Shown here piece by piece: positions 17,740 to 28,326 of a stretch of DNA of 49,902 nucleotides (position 1 is the stretch's first letter; each line of letters starts with the position of its first letter). The notes under the pieces are model-generated. The model saw nothing but the letters and a program-made list of their open reading frames with translations. It was not told where the DNA came from and did not search any database. Origin of the DNA: a virus (lineage: Duplodnaviria; Caudoviricetes). The position numbers were made by a program, and so were the translations under genes. Where the stretch lies: positions 1 to 49,902 of the IMG/VR virus record IMGVR_UViG_3300046057_000005. The stretch is one strand, 5' to 3'.

Positions 17740-18525
17740 CGAACCGCAACCGAGAAGGCTACGATCATGGCGGACATTTACGAAGCGGCCGCTAACTCGC
17801 TGGAGTCGTTCGGGTACGACGCGACGGGTTCAGCCAGCTACAACCGAAGACGCCGCCACGATCATATGATGAGCACGGCCCGATCCGCGTTCAAGATGCG
17901 CGACGATGCGACAGCGTTCGAGTTCGCCAGCGAATACATCGAAACCTTCGACAAGCTAACGCGGTGCCACGAAAGCGCGTCGGGGAACTACGCGAAAAAA
18001 GCGAGCGCCGGCGTTCTTCGCTCGCTCGCGGCCGGGCTTCGCGGCTTCGCCAAGCGCGCCGAGAACAGCGAAGACGTTCCCGGCGAAGAACACCGCGAAG
18101 CTATTCACGCGCTCGCCCGTGAGGGGATGGATGCAATGGCGGTTATCCTTTGCGAGGAGTACGAAGGCGTCGGCGACGAACCCGACGCGCCCGAGTTCAG
18201 CGTAGACCGAGAACTCGCCGAATCGCTGGAGAACGGCGAAGGGGTCCGCTACGATTACGAAACCGTAGACGGCGAGCGCGTCACTGGCGACGGTTACGTT
18301 GCAAAGTCGAACACTGGCGGCGTTCGGATTATTACGGGGTCCGGGCGCTGGGCGCTCCTAACGATCAAACGCGGCGGCGCTGTTTTCGAATGTCGGCGCG
18401 ACGGCGCGGCGGGCAAGTCCCGGCGCGTCGGGTCGGACGCGAAGGTTGCGCGCGATGGAACCAGCGCGACGGTCGAATACGAACAGCGCACCGGCTGGCA
18501 AATCGGCGACGACGGCGAAGCGTAG
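17707..18525 (+). CDS. MARTPTQAD-leader hypothetical protein (272 aa)
   Basis: ATG lies inside the repeat; a T-tract follows the stop. Confidence 0.8.
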   Translation: MARTPTQADDDRTATEKATIMADIYEAAANSLESFGYDATGSASYNRRRRHDHMMSTARSAFKMRDDATAFEFASEYIETFDKLTRCHESASGNYAKKASAGVLRSLAAGLRGFAKRAENSEDVPGEEHREAIHALAREGMDAMAVILCEEYEGVGDEPDAPEFSVDRELAESLENGEGVRYDYETVDGERVTGDGYVAKSNTGGVRIITGSGRWALLTIKRGGAVFECRRDGAAGKSRRVGSDAKVARDGTSATVEYEQRTGWQIGDDGEA

Positions 18526-18655
18526 ACGCGGCAAACTCTTTTTTGGAGGGTTCGACGGCGAGCGACGACGCCGAGCGGTGGCTTTCACGCGAGCGTTCGC
18601 GCTTGGTGCAATCGCCGGTATCCATAAGGCGCGGCGGGTCTTACGAACGGTCGCA

Positions 18656-19288
18656 ATGAGCGAACAGGACCCGGAACGGCCGAACGAACCCGAGAACGAC
18701 GGCGGGCCGCCCGCAAGTCACGATAATAATGAAAGCGCCGAGAACGCGCCCAGCGACGGCATGAGCGACGACGCGCCGAACCCCGACGCTACCCCTTCGG
18801 ACGCAAACAAACACAACGAGCGCGATGTGAGCGGCCAAGACGGCGCTAACAGCGCCGAGGCCGAACTAAAGCGATGGGATGAACAAGCCCATCCCGAACC
18901 CGAGTATGCGAACCCCGAAGACTTCGGATTAACTCGGGACGGCGAAGCCGACCGCAACCCGATCGATAAGAATGTTCCCGGCGTCGGAATGTGCAATTTC
19001 ACGCCGCTCAATTACGGCGACGTTCAAAACTACTTTGGCGATGCTGGAGCGGCGGCCGAAGCCGACCCCGACACGCTCGCCAAGGTAATCCACTTTCACT
19101 TAAACGAACCCGACCTTTCGGAACTCAGCGACCGGGGCCGCGTCACGGGGACGCTAATCAAAAATATGCGGCCGATGTACCCGCGAAACGTCGTTCTCGC
19201 GCTGTTTGACGCGAGCGGTATCGAAGCCGATTTGCAAATGGATAACGAGGGGAACGCCGAGATAGAATTTGAAGAACCGGGAAACTGA
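18656..19288 (+). CDS. tail assembly chaperone (G)
   Basis: Between the tail tube and the TMP; ends CCG GGA AAC TGA with a slippery heptamer. Confidence 0.75.
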   Translation: MSEQDPERPNEPENDGGPPASHDNNESAENAPSDGMSDDAPNPDATPSDANKHNERDVSGQDGANSAEAELKRWDEQAHPEPEYANPEDFGLTRDGEADRNPIDKNVPGVGMCNFTPLNYGDVQNYFGDAGAAAEADPDTLAKVIHFHLNEPDLSELSDRGRVTGTLIKNMRPMYPRNVVLALFDASGIEADLQMDNEGNAEIEFEEPGN

Positions 19289-19572
19289 ACGAGTTCGACC
19301 GTAATGCGGGCTTCATCAATTGGCTTCATGAAAAGGGCTACCGATTCATCGGGGATACATCGTTCTACCGGCTTATGTTCCCTGAAATCCGCATTTTATG
19401 GGCGGGCTATCAACTCCAAAGACAGTTAGAAAAGGACGCCGAGAAAGGCATCGATCAAAAAGATCGAGTGAACTTGAAAAAGTTCGACAAAAAGATTCAG
19501 TCCGGCGATTGGGAACCCGGCCCCGATCCGTCCGAAACCCGAGAAACCAATACGGTTGAAGGCATGGGCTGA
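19279..19572 (+). CDS. -1 frameshift extension (T) of the tail chaperone
   Basis: G GGA AAC at 19279-19285; the -1 frame is open to 19572 (LNEFDRNAGFINWLHEKGY...), in frame with ORF 19375-19572. Confidence 0.75.
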   Translation, partial: GKLNEFDRNAGFINWLHEKGYRFIGDTSFYRLMFPEIRILWAGYQLQRQLEKDAEKGIDQKDRVNLKKFDKKIQSGDWEPGPDPSETRETNTVEGMG

Positions 19573-19894
19573 TTGGGGGCTGGAGTTCGCGGCCGGCGCT
19601 TTGTAGTGGCGGGGCCTACGCTGGCGATAGGCGCGGGGCTTTGGACCCCGAGATCGTCGGTTCAATTCCGACCGCCACAATATCTTAGCCGCTACCTCCT
19701 ACCGACGTTTTTCGACGCGAATCGCTAAATTAGCGCGTAAGACGGTGCGGCGCGTCTTACCGACCGATTGAGTTCATTAGGAGGGAAACGTATTATAGCG
19801 TTCGCGCGAAACGCGAACCATGACGCGAATCGCCGCGAAAACCTACCGCTTTCTCCACCGAGTTCACGGCGTCGCCGTAGGTGTTCGCTAACCG

Positions 19895-22800
19895 ATGTTT
19901 GGCGCTGGCGGCGGCGATAATGAAATGGAGGTTAAGGTTACGGGCGATTCACAGGATTTGGATTCTACGCTTTCCCAATCCATCGGGAACATCACCGGCT
20001 TTCAGAAAGCGGTCGCCGGCATGGGGGCGGCTATGGCGGCCGCGAGCGGCTACGGGATAGCGAAGGCGGTCGGCGCGGCGTCGAAGTGGAACGATACCGT
20101 CCGTGAAATGAAGAAAGTAACCAGCGCGGAAGTGGCCGCCGGGCTGGATCAAAAAATCCGGGATTTGGCCGATGAAATTCCCATAGCGACGAACGAACTC
20201 GGCAAAATCGCGGCCGCCGCGGGTCGGTTTGGTGTTAAAGGAACTGAAAATATAACCAAATTCACAGAATCCGTGGCGAAAATGGCGTCGGCGACGGATT
20301 TGAGTACCGACGAAGCGGGCGAATCCTTCGCCAAACTCGCCACGCTAACCGAAACCCCTATCCCCAAAATCGAAAATCTCGGATCATCTATCAACGAACT
20401 TTCAAATAATATGGCGACTTCGGCGGGTGAAATTACTGAAAACATGCTCCAGTCCGCGGGGTCGCTTTCCTCGCTTGGGGCGACAAATACTGAAATCGCG
20501 GCGCTCGCTGGTTCGATGAATGAAATGTACCAATCGGCGAGTATGGCCGGCCGCGGGCTTCGGCGTGTATCCCAAGAAATGACTTCGCCGAAGAAAGTCG
20601 GCGATCTGGCGAGCGCTCTAAACATGACATCTGAGGAATTTACCAATATGCGAGACGAAGACCCCACTAAGCTCATGCTACGCATGGCGGAAGCCATGAA
20701 GGGCGGGGGTAAACAAGCGGAGCAATTGCGAGGAACGCTCAGTTCGTTCAGCCGAATGGCGCTAACGAACATGGGTAAGAATCTTGAAGATACCCGCAAG
20801 GCGCTCGGTATGTCGGCTTCGGCTTTCAAAGAAAACACTTCGTTGCAAGAGGAATTTGAGATAGCAACCAAATCGCTTTCGGCGCAAATCCAGCAACTTC
20901 GAAACGCGGTTACGAACGTGGGTATCCAAACGGGCCGCGTGTTCATCCCCTACGTGAAATCGGCGGTAGAGATTCTAACGTCCGCCGTTAGCGCGTTTTC
21001 GGAACTCAACAGCGCGACGAACGGCGCGGCGGGCGCGGTCGCGCTGGTTTCCGGCGTCGTCGCGGGGCTATTGCCCGTTCTCGGTTTGCTGGTTCAAACT
21101 ATCGGTCCGGCTTTGCCCCTAATATCTGGATTGGGTAGCGCTTTCGTCGGGCTGGCGGGTCCGATCGGAGTCGTCGCGGCCGCGGTCGGCGGGCTATACG
21201 TCGCGTGGACGCGAAACCTGTTCGGCGTTCAAGAAACGACCCGTTCGGTCGTATCTTCGGCGCGTTCGTCCATCAACGAGTTAATCGCTGGCGTCCGTCG
21301 CGGCGTCGAAGCGTTCCGATCCGGCTGGAGCGGCATGGCGTCGTATATTTTAAGCGAGGATGTTGGCGGCGCGCTAACGTGGGTGCGCGAATCGATTCGC
21401 TCGGCTTCGACGGCGTGGAACGCGCTCTTGGCGGGGAACGGCCCGAAGTTCCGCGAACATCTATCCTACGCATTTTCCGAAGCGAAGGCGGGGGCGAAGG
21501 TGGGGATAAACGGGCTTTCGCAATTGTTCGATTCGCTGGCGATACTCCTAACAGATACGTGGAGCGCGATTTTCGGACCCATGCCGGAAGATGTTCAGAA
21601 CGCCTTTCGTTCGGCGGCGACCGCGGCCGGGGCTGGTATCGGCGCAATCCTATCCCGATTGCTCGGGTTCAAGGATCAAAGTAAGAGTATGTGGTCGCAT
21701 GCAATGCGGACAGGAAAAGTGGCCGTCGAACGCTTCATGCCGCTAATCAGTTCGGAACTATCTTCGGGGCTGAACACGCTGGTTTCCCGAGTTCAATCGT
21801 TCGGGTCGCGCGTGATGGGGGCGTTCACGGCGATATTCCCGCTTCTACCCGAGCCAGTTCGGTCAGCGCTCACCCGCATAAACAATATATGGCAAACCCA
21901 CGGCGTCGCAATCCTATCCAAAGCGAGAACGGCATATCAGAACGCGGTCGCCGCGGTCCGCACGGTCGTCGGGACGCTCGCCACAGAAATCCGTAAGACG
22001 CTATCCTACGCAACAGGGATTTGGCAAGCTCACAAGTCGAGCGTCATGCGCGAAGCGCGGTTAGCGTACCGGGGCGCGGTTACGTCGGTTCGCTCAGCGC
22101 TGGATGGGGTTCGGACGGCCATACGGTCGCGTCTAACGGGCGCGCTCGGGATTTGGCGCTCACATACGGCGAAGGTCAAGGGACAAGCATCAAACGCCTA
22201 TCAGGGAGCGGCTAACACCGTTCGCGCGAAGTTAGCGCAAATCGGGACGGCGGTGCGGTCGAAACTGTTGGCGCTGGCGAAGTGGTGGAGCAAGCACGGT
22301 GTGCAAGTTCGAACTCGCGCGACGGCCGCATACCAAGGCGCACTAAACGCCGTTCGGTCGAAAATCGCGCTGGTTCGTACTGCTATCCAGTCCCGTCTTA
22401 TACAAATCAGTAACCTATGGACGACGCACGGAACGAATCTCATAGCCAGCGCCCGATCCGCGTACTCGCGGCTGGTTAATACGACGCGGACGCTAATCAC
22501 CAAAGCAACGAACGTATGGCGCAACCACAGTCAGAAAATCAAAACAGCCGTAACGACGGGTATCGGCGCGGCGATTACCCTATACGCCGGGCGTATCAGC
22601 AAGCTCATTACGCTGGTTCGATCCGGGATTACGAAAGCAAGCTACGAATGGCAAAAACACGGGTCGAAAGTAAAGACGGCGCTAACGAAAGTCGGAACGG
22701 CGCTCGCCCCATACAAGAAGAAATTAGCGGCGCTCGGTGTCGCGCTAACGTCGTTCGGGGTTACGAGCGGTGCAACCCAGTCGAAGATACTAACGCTCGC

Positions 22801-24817
22801 CACGTCTATCAGCGGCCGCGCGCTGGGCGCGTTACGCTCGCTCGGGACGTTCGTTCGCGGGACGCTCCTAACGGCGTTCCGTAGCGGTCTTATCCCGGCT
22901 ATCGGTAGCACCGCCACCGCGTTCACGTCCCGGCTAAAGAGCGGCGCGGGAACGGCGAATACCGCGTTTCAGAAATTAAAGGGCATACTCCTATCCTCCA
23001 GCAAACGCCTACGATCCGCACGGGGAACGGCGACGAATCTCGCCACGAAGCTACGCGGCGTTCTCGGGAAAGCGGTATCCGTCCTTCGCGGTCGCTTCGC
23101 CTCGTTCGGGTCGTTGATTGCCGGGCGCATCCCCGGACCGCTCAAACGCATTACCAGCGGGGCCGGCCGGCTGGCGTCCAAACTCGGCGGCCCGCTCCTG
23201 TCGAAAGTCGGATCGATCATTGCGCGGTTCGGGTCGTTCGCGCTTCGGATTGGTAGCGTCGGTTCTAAGCTATCGCTCCTAACGAATCCGATCGGGATAG
23301 TCGTCGCCGCGGTCGGCGGGCTATATCTCGCTTGGAAAAAGAACATCTTGGGTATTCAAGATATAACCCGAGATATATTCAACGCGGTAAAGGCGCTTCT
23401 ACGCGGCGATATGGACTCTATGCGGTCGAACGTATCCAGTGGAACCAGCCGGATCAAAGAGGCATGGGGTCAGATTCAATCAGTAATTGATACCGCCCGC
23501 CAAATCTTCGGAACGGTAAAGTCAGTTATCAAAGATGTTATGAAGTTCCTATGGAGAAATGCGGTCAAACCAGCCGTAGATAGGATACTGGAGATTTGGA
23601 ACACTCGGGGCGATGAAATCATGGAGTCGGTCGGCGAACTCGTTAGTTTCCTGAAAACGACGTTCAAAGCCGTGTTCGGGACTCTCATGTTCTTGTGGCA
23701 GAACTTCGGCGACGAGATACAAACGATTACCAAGGGGGTGTTCGACGTTCTCGGGACTATCATTGATGGGGCGTTGGACCTAATTATTACTTCGTTCGAC
23801 GTGTTCACTGACATTCTATCCGGCGATTGGGAAGGTGCATGGGATAAGATAAAGGGGTACGTAGACCGCACGTTCGGCCGTATCGGGTCGCTGGTTAACA
23901 CGTTCGTAGAAACGTTCTTAGGCGTTATTGACGGTCTTGTTGAATCTACGATCGGGTTTTTCGAAGATATGTATAACGCGATAGTCGGGAACAGCGTTAT
24001 CCCTGAAATGTTTTCGGAAATCAAAAGCGCGACGACGGAATTCATATCCAAATTCCTCGATTTCCTTGGCGGATTGGTCGAAGACGCGACGACGAAAGCC
24101 ACAAATCTAAAGGACAAGGTGTTCGGTGAGATAGAAACGCTATACAACGACGCGAAGGATAAGGTAGACTCCATGAAGTCGAAGATAGTGGAAACGCTCG
24201 GCGGGCTGGCGTCGGATGCGAAAACGAAGGCGGAAACTCTGAAAGACGACGTTTTCAGCGCCTTCGAAACGCTATACGATGACGCGACGGACAAGGTATC
24301 TGAAATGGCTTCCGACGTTATGGGTTATCTCACTGGAGATAAAGGGCCGCTCGGCAACGTCAAATCCGCCGGAGAGTCACTAATCAGCGGGTTTGTGAAC
24401 GGTATTAAGAATAAGGTGAGTGACGTTAAGGATGCGGTAGATAATGTTGTGGGGAAAGCGCGCGATAAGCTACCGTTCAGCCCGGCGAAAGAGGGGCCGC
24501 TTTCCGATTTGGACGAAACGGGTCCGGCGTTCGTCCAAGAGATAGCGGGCGGTATCGTCGCTAACACGGGCGAACTTGCCGACGCCGCTCAATTGGCGGC
24601 GAGCGCGGCGAAGGTTCCCATGCCCGCGGCCGACGACTTCGGACTGAGCGCGGACGAACTCGCCAGCGCGAACCGACCCCGCGGCCCCGCGCCGGACGGA
24701 TCGGGCGGCGGGACGACAAACGAGTTCAAAGTAGAAGTCCATGCGAACAGCCGGCGCGAAGGCCGCGAAGCCGCCAAAGGCTTTACCAGCGGTCTACGCT
24801 CATATGGGTTTGACTAA
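19895..24817 (+). CDS. tape measure protein
   Basis: 1640 aa; TP901-type N-terminal core and amphipathic Trp-containing repeats. Confidence 0.92.
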   Translation: MFGAGGGDNEMEVKVTGDSQDLDSTLSQSIGNITGFQKAVAGMGAAMAAASGYGIAKAVGAASKWNDTVREMKKVTSAEVAAGLDQKIRDLADEIPIATNELGKIAAAAGRFGVKGTENITKFTESVAKMASATDLSTDEAGESFAKLATLTETPIPKIENLGSSINELSNNMATSAGEITENMLQSAGSLSSLGATNTEIAALAGSMNEMYQSASMAGRGLRRVSQEMTSPKKVGDLASALNMTSEEFTNMRDEDPTKLMLRMAEAMKGGGKQAEQLRGTLSSFSRMALTNMGKNLEDTRKALGMSASAFKENTSLQEEFEIATKSLSAQIQQLRNAVTNVGIQTGRVFIPYVKSAVEILTSAVSAFSELNSATNGAAGAVALVSGVVAGLLPVLGLLVQTIGPALPLISGLGSAFVGLAGPIGVVAAAVGGLYVAWTRNLFGVQETTRSVVSSARSSINELIAGVRRGVEAFRSGWSGMASYILSEDVGGALTWVRESIRSASTAWNALLAGNGPKFREHLSYAFSEAKAGAKVGINGLSQLFDSLAILLTDTWSAIFGPMPEDVQNAFRSAATAAGAGIGAILSRLLGFKDQSKSMWSHAMRTGKVAVERFMPLISSELSSGLNTLVSRVQSFGSRVMGAFTAIFPLLPEPVRSALTRINNIWQTHGVAILSKARTAYQNAVAAVRTVVGTLATEIRKTLSYATGIWQAHKSSVMREARLAYRGAVTSVRSALDGVRTAIRSRLTGALGIWRSHTAKVKGQASNAYQGAANTVRAKLAQIGTAVRSKLLALAKWWSKHGVQVRTRATAAYQGALNAVRSKIALVRTAIQSRLIQISNLWTTHGTNLIASARSAYSRLVNTTRTLITKATNVWRNHSQKIKTAVTTGIGAAITLYAGRISKLITLVRSGITKASYEWQKHGSKVKTALTKVGTALAPYKKKLAALGVALTSFGVTSGATQSKILTLATSISGRALGALRSLGTFVRGTLLTAFRSGLIPAIGSTATAFTSRLKSGAGTANTAFQKLKGILLSSSKRLRSARGTATNLATKLRGVLGKAVSVLRGRFASFGSLIAGRIPGPLKRITSGAGRLASKLGGPLLSKVGSIIARFGSFALRIGSVGSKLSLLTNPIGIVVAAVGGLYLAWKKNILGIQDITRDIFNAVKALLRGDMDSMRSNVSSGTSRIKEAWGQIQSVIDTARQIFGTVKSVIKDVMKFLWRNAVKPAVDRILEIWNTRGDEIMESVGELVSFLKTTFKAVFGTLMFLWQNFGDEIQTITKGVFDVLGTIIDGALDLIITSFDVFTDILSGDWEGAWDKIKGYVDRTFGRIGSLVNTFVETFLGVIDGLVESTIGFFEDMYNAIVGNSVIPEMFSEIKSATTEFISKFLDFLGGLVEDATTKATNLKDKVFGEIETLYNDAKDKVDSMKSKIVETLGGLASDAKTKAETLKDDVFSAFETLYDDATDKVSEMASDVMGYLTGDKGPLGNVKSAGESLISGFVNGIKNKVSDVKDAVDNVVGKARDKLPFSPAKEGPLSDLDETGPAFVQEIAGGIVANTGELADAAQLAASAAKVPMPAADDFGLSADELASANRPRGPAPDGSGGGTTNEFKVEVHANSRREGREAAKGFTSGLRSYGFD

Positions 24818-24829
24818 CGACTTACGACT

Positions 24830-26296
24830 ATGCCACTCAATATACTGGATTCGCGCGTAGACGTGTTTCATCCGGAAACGGATTTGGCGGGCGCAATGGC
24901 CGATTTCACCGTAGCGGGCGGGGGCGGGCCGGACGCCGATTTGGTGAGCGTGGACGGCGGGCTACGCCTGTCGAATCGAAAAGACGAAGGTTCGATTCTC
25001 CTATGGAACGACGACGGCCAATATTCCCGATCCGACGGCCGGCCGCGCATCCATTCGGGCGACCGACTGGATTTCTACGTTCGGCATGAAGGCGAAAACC
25101 AGCCGTCGCGTCGGTGGGTCGTTATGGTTCGTGACGTAGAACGAACTCGGGGCGGCCCGAACACATCCACCATGAAGCTTACCGTAGAAGACTATGCAAT
25201 GTCGATCATGAGCAAGCGAAAAGTCTATAATTCGTTCGACCGGGTTCAGATAGCCGGAAGCCCCGAATCCATCTTGAATACGGTTCTGAGAAACGAAGCG
25301 CCGGCTATCGATCGCTCGCTCATATCAAACGCCGACCGCGAAGCAACTTCGGTTAATTGCGACGGGACGAACCTATTGGACTTGGGCCAAACCCTCGCTC
25401 GCCGGGCCGGGGCGCATATGCGTTCGGATGGGACGGCCTTGCGGTTTGCACTTCCGCGCGAGTATCCCACCTATACGCCGGATAAGCGAACGATCGGTAG
25501 CGTGAAAAACAAGACGAGCGACGCCGGCATGATTAACAAGATTCGTGTCCACGGCGGCCGTGGTCGTGCCGTAGACGACGAACAGCCGAATCAATCAGGC
25601 TATACCAGCGTCGCGCCGGGTAGCCCGGTCATGTTTCAAGTCGGCACGCGGAAATCAACGTTAGACCGGGTTCAGATATGGCTACACAAACAAGCCGAAG
25701 ATGGGAAAATGGGGGTACGCATCCAAAAGGCAAACGACGCGAACACGGGTCCGATCGAACCCGGCAATACGGACTCAGATATTGATTCGGACACCCTAAG
25801 CCATGAGTTCTTGGATAATGATGGGTTCACGCCGTTCGACTTCGGGCAACACACGTTACCCGAACCGAATCCGTGGATAATCGTTGAAATGGAGGGCGAT
25901 AACGACCCGGCCCAAGAAATCGGAGTGGATTCGAATGAGAATCCGGCATATATCGCCGAGTTCGGCTATCCAATTCTTGCCCGGAAACCCGAAGCCGATA
26001 GTACCGAGCGCTATCGAATCCGCGAAGACACGAAGCGCCGAAAAGACGCCCCCACCGAAACCGAAGCGCTTGCGCTGGCGAACGAAGTTCTGAATCACGA
26101 ATCCGCTCCGGAAAACAAAGTCACGTTTGAAGCCGTCGAACCAGAAGCGCACTATTACGTTCCCGGAGACCGGCTAACGCTGAATTACCAGCGCGAAGGC
26201 GCGGTAGGCGAGTTCATGATTACCGAGCGTAGCGACAAATACGAGGGTATGAGTTTACAAACGGACTATGCCGCCCAAGAGATAGGAACGATATAA
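24830..26296 (+). CDS. tail tip/hub protein
   Basis: Directly after the TMP; 488 aa; INKIRVHGG and PGDRLTL hub-like patterns. Confidence 0.65.
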   Translation: MPLNILDSRVDVFHPETDLAGAMADFTVAGGGGPDADLVSVDGGLRLSNRKDEGSILLWNDDGQYSRSDGRPRIHSGDRLDFYVRHEGENQPSRRWVVMVRDVERTRGGPNTSTMKLTVEDYAMSIMSKRKVYNSFDRVQIAGSPESILNTVLRNEAPAIDRSLISNADREATSVNCDGTNLLDLGQTLARRAGAHMRSDGTALRFALPREYPTYTPDKRTIGSVKNKTSDAGMINKIRVHGGRGRAVDDEQPNQSGYTSVAPGSPVMFQVGTRKSTLDRVQIWLHKQAEDGKMGVRIQKANDANTGPIEPGNTDSDIDSDTLSHEFLDNDGFTPFDFGQHTLPEPNPWIIVEMEGDNDPAQEIGVDSNENPAYIAEFGYPILARKPEADSTERYRIREDTKRRKDAPTETEALALANEVLNHESAPENKVTFEAVEPEAHYYVPGDRLTLNYQREGAVGEFMITERSDKYEGMSLQTDYAAQEIGTI

Positions 26297-26733
26297 TGAG
26301 CGGAAACGGTGGTTCGGGGCGTCCGCCGGGGCTGGGAAAGGGCGAAATGCGAAGCCATGTCCGCGAAGGGACGGACGCGCAAGCGGCGTTCAAAATCCTC
26401 GCGGATTTAAAAAACCGTGTCGATGCGATTGAGGAGACTTCTCGCGGCGCGGAACAGACGCCGACGCTATACCGCGACGAGGTAGAAACGGTTCACGTAT
26501 TCGATTCAATCAGCTTTTCGACGTTCGCCGGGACATACAAGTACGATACCGACCCGACTGTATATGATTATAGCCAATACGCGGACGAATCGAACCGGAT
26601 TTTTCGCTCATATATCCGGAACATCGCCGACGGCGAAACCGTGACTGTCGCGGCCGGAGAAACGAGGTATGCGGGCAATCCGTTAGATAACGACGGGACG
26701 TTAGATAACGACGGGACGCTTATTTATGAATGA
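26296..26733 (+). CDS. minor tail protein
   Basis: Coupled to the hub gene; ends with LDNDGT x2. Confidence 0.55.
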   Translation: MSGNGGSGRPPGLGKGEMRSHVREGTDAQAAFKILADLKNRVDAIEETSRGAEQTPTLYRDEVETVHVFDSISFSTFAGTYKYDTDPTVYDYSQYADESNRIFRSYIRNIADGETVTVAAGETRYAGNPLDNDGTLDNDGTLIYE

Positions 26734-26750
26734 ATCGATAACAGGGTAGC

Positions 26751-27551
26751 ATGGTAAAAGACGTATTCGGGGACGATTGGGTTCGCACCGTAGATTCTAA
26801 CGGCAATTACATATTGGAACATGAACCGACCGGAAACACCTATGTATTCGATTCTTCCGGCGCGCTGGCGTCGCCGTCGGTCGGCGTCGGCGGCAACCAG
26901 CCGATTGAGGATTTCACGGGTTCGAACCTATCCCGCAATTCAAGCGGCGTTCTGAACGCTAACGATACGAATACCGAGAAAACGACGGACGAGATACGCC
27001 AAGCCGTCGAAGGCGACATAGAAGTCACCGATTTACTCGGCAACGCGGGAACGAACGGGCAATTGCTGAAAACCGACGGGTCGGCGCTATCCTTTGCCGA
27101 CGATAACACGTACTCGCCGCCGCCGTCGGGTATCGTTCAATATACGAGTAACGCGACGGGCTACGACATTAACACAAGCGGGTTTACCGCCGTCCCGTGG
27201 GATACGGTCGTAACGCCGAACTCGTCTTACAACCAGCCGACGAACGAAGAACTAGAGTTCACGAACGCCGGGACGTATTGGGTACATACGAGGTTAATGT
27301 TTAGCTCAACCACACAGCGCGTAAACCCGGCGACGTTTATGTTCTTGAACGGAAACCAGTTAGAAGGTGGGGGTCAAAGCGGCTATATGCGCACTGCTGA
27401 CGGGCATAACGATGCGAGTAGCGGGTTCGCTCGTTACGTCGAAGTGAACGCGAACGACAAACTAACGATTGAAACGACGCAACGAGGCAATACCGGGACG
27501 GTTACGTTGAACGGCGGCGAGTCCATCCTTTCGATCGAACAGCGGGAATAA
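26751..27551 (+). CDS. tail fibre/adhesin with C1q/BclA-like C-terminal domain
   Basis: VPWDT...FTNAGTYWV...VEVNANDKL jelly-roll pattern. Confidence 0.6.
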   Translation: MVKDVFGDDWVRTVDSNGNYILEHEPTGNTYVFDSSGALASPSVGVGGNQPIEDFTGSNLSRNSSGVLNANDTNTEKTTDEIRQAVEGDIEVTDLLGNAGTNGQLLKTDGSALSFADDNTYSPPPSGIVQYTSNATGYDINTSGFTAVPWDTVVTPNSSYNQPTNEELEFTNAGTYWVHTRLMFSSTTQRVNPATFMFLNGNQLEGGGQSGYMRTADGHNDASSGFARYVEVNANDKLTIETTQRGNTGTVTLNGGESILSIEQRE

Positions 27552-27644
27552 CCACGACGGCGAACCGCAAAAAACGGCCGCGGCCGCGCCGAAGTGACCA
27601 AATCGACGGGGTAGAATTATCTACCGTGGGGCGCAACGGTGGGT

Positions 27645-28259
27645 ATGCCCGAGAACGAGCGCGCGGCGCATCGATCAACGGAAACCGCGGTCGCCGAAGC
27701 GAACGTTTTCATCGACTGCTATGAACCCGCCTTACTCCACTATCAGTATCCCGAATGGCCGGCGCTATCCGACGCCGAAAAATCTCGCTTGCTGGAGGTT
27801 CCCGCGAATGATGCGAAACCGACGCCCGAAGAACGCGAACAGCGCGAAGCGAGCAACGCGAAGCTAACCAGTCAATCAACGCATAACGTGGCGACGGATG
27901 GGCTGTTCGCCGGGTTAGTCGATGGGTTAGACCCGAACACATCCGGGGACGACCCGATTCAGGCGCTCGCGGTAGGCGACGACGCGAGCGCTTTCAATCA
28001 GGGAGATTCGTCGCTGAACAGTCCGCTCGGCGAGATAACCGTAACAAACGTAATACCCGACTCCGATGCTGGAGAAATTCGATCGTCATTTTTTATCGGG
28101 ACGAACGCCTTCGAAAATCAGATATTGCGTGAGTTGGGGCTTAGTTCGCTATCCGGCCGCCTACAAAACCATGCCCCGATCGAACCCGAGATAGACAAAC
28201 AAAGCGGTGAGAAGGCCGCGACTGTCGCGGTCATTATCGGGTTCGGCCCCGGTCCGTAA
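27645..28259 (+). CDS. minor tail/baseplate protein
   Basis: HNVATDG..LAVGD..LRELGL pattern; start could be GTG at 27639. Confidence 0.55.
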   Translation: MPENERAAHRSTETAVAEANVFIDCYEPALLHYQYPEWPALSDAEKSRLLEVPANDAKPTPEEREQREASNAKLTSQSTHNVATDGLFAGLVDGLDPNTSGDDPIQALAVGDDASAFNQGDSSLNSPLGEITVTNVIPDSDAGEIRSSFFIGTNAFENQILRELGLSSLSGRLQNHAPIEPEIDKQSGEKAATVAVIIGFGPGP

Positions 28260-28326
28260 GACCCAATCGGCGACATTTGCGTTTTCGCTCGGTAGTTATA
28301 TTAGCCGCGGAGATATACTGGTACTC

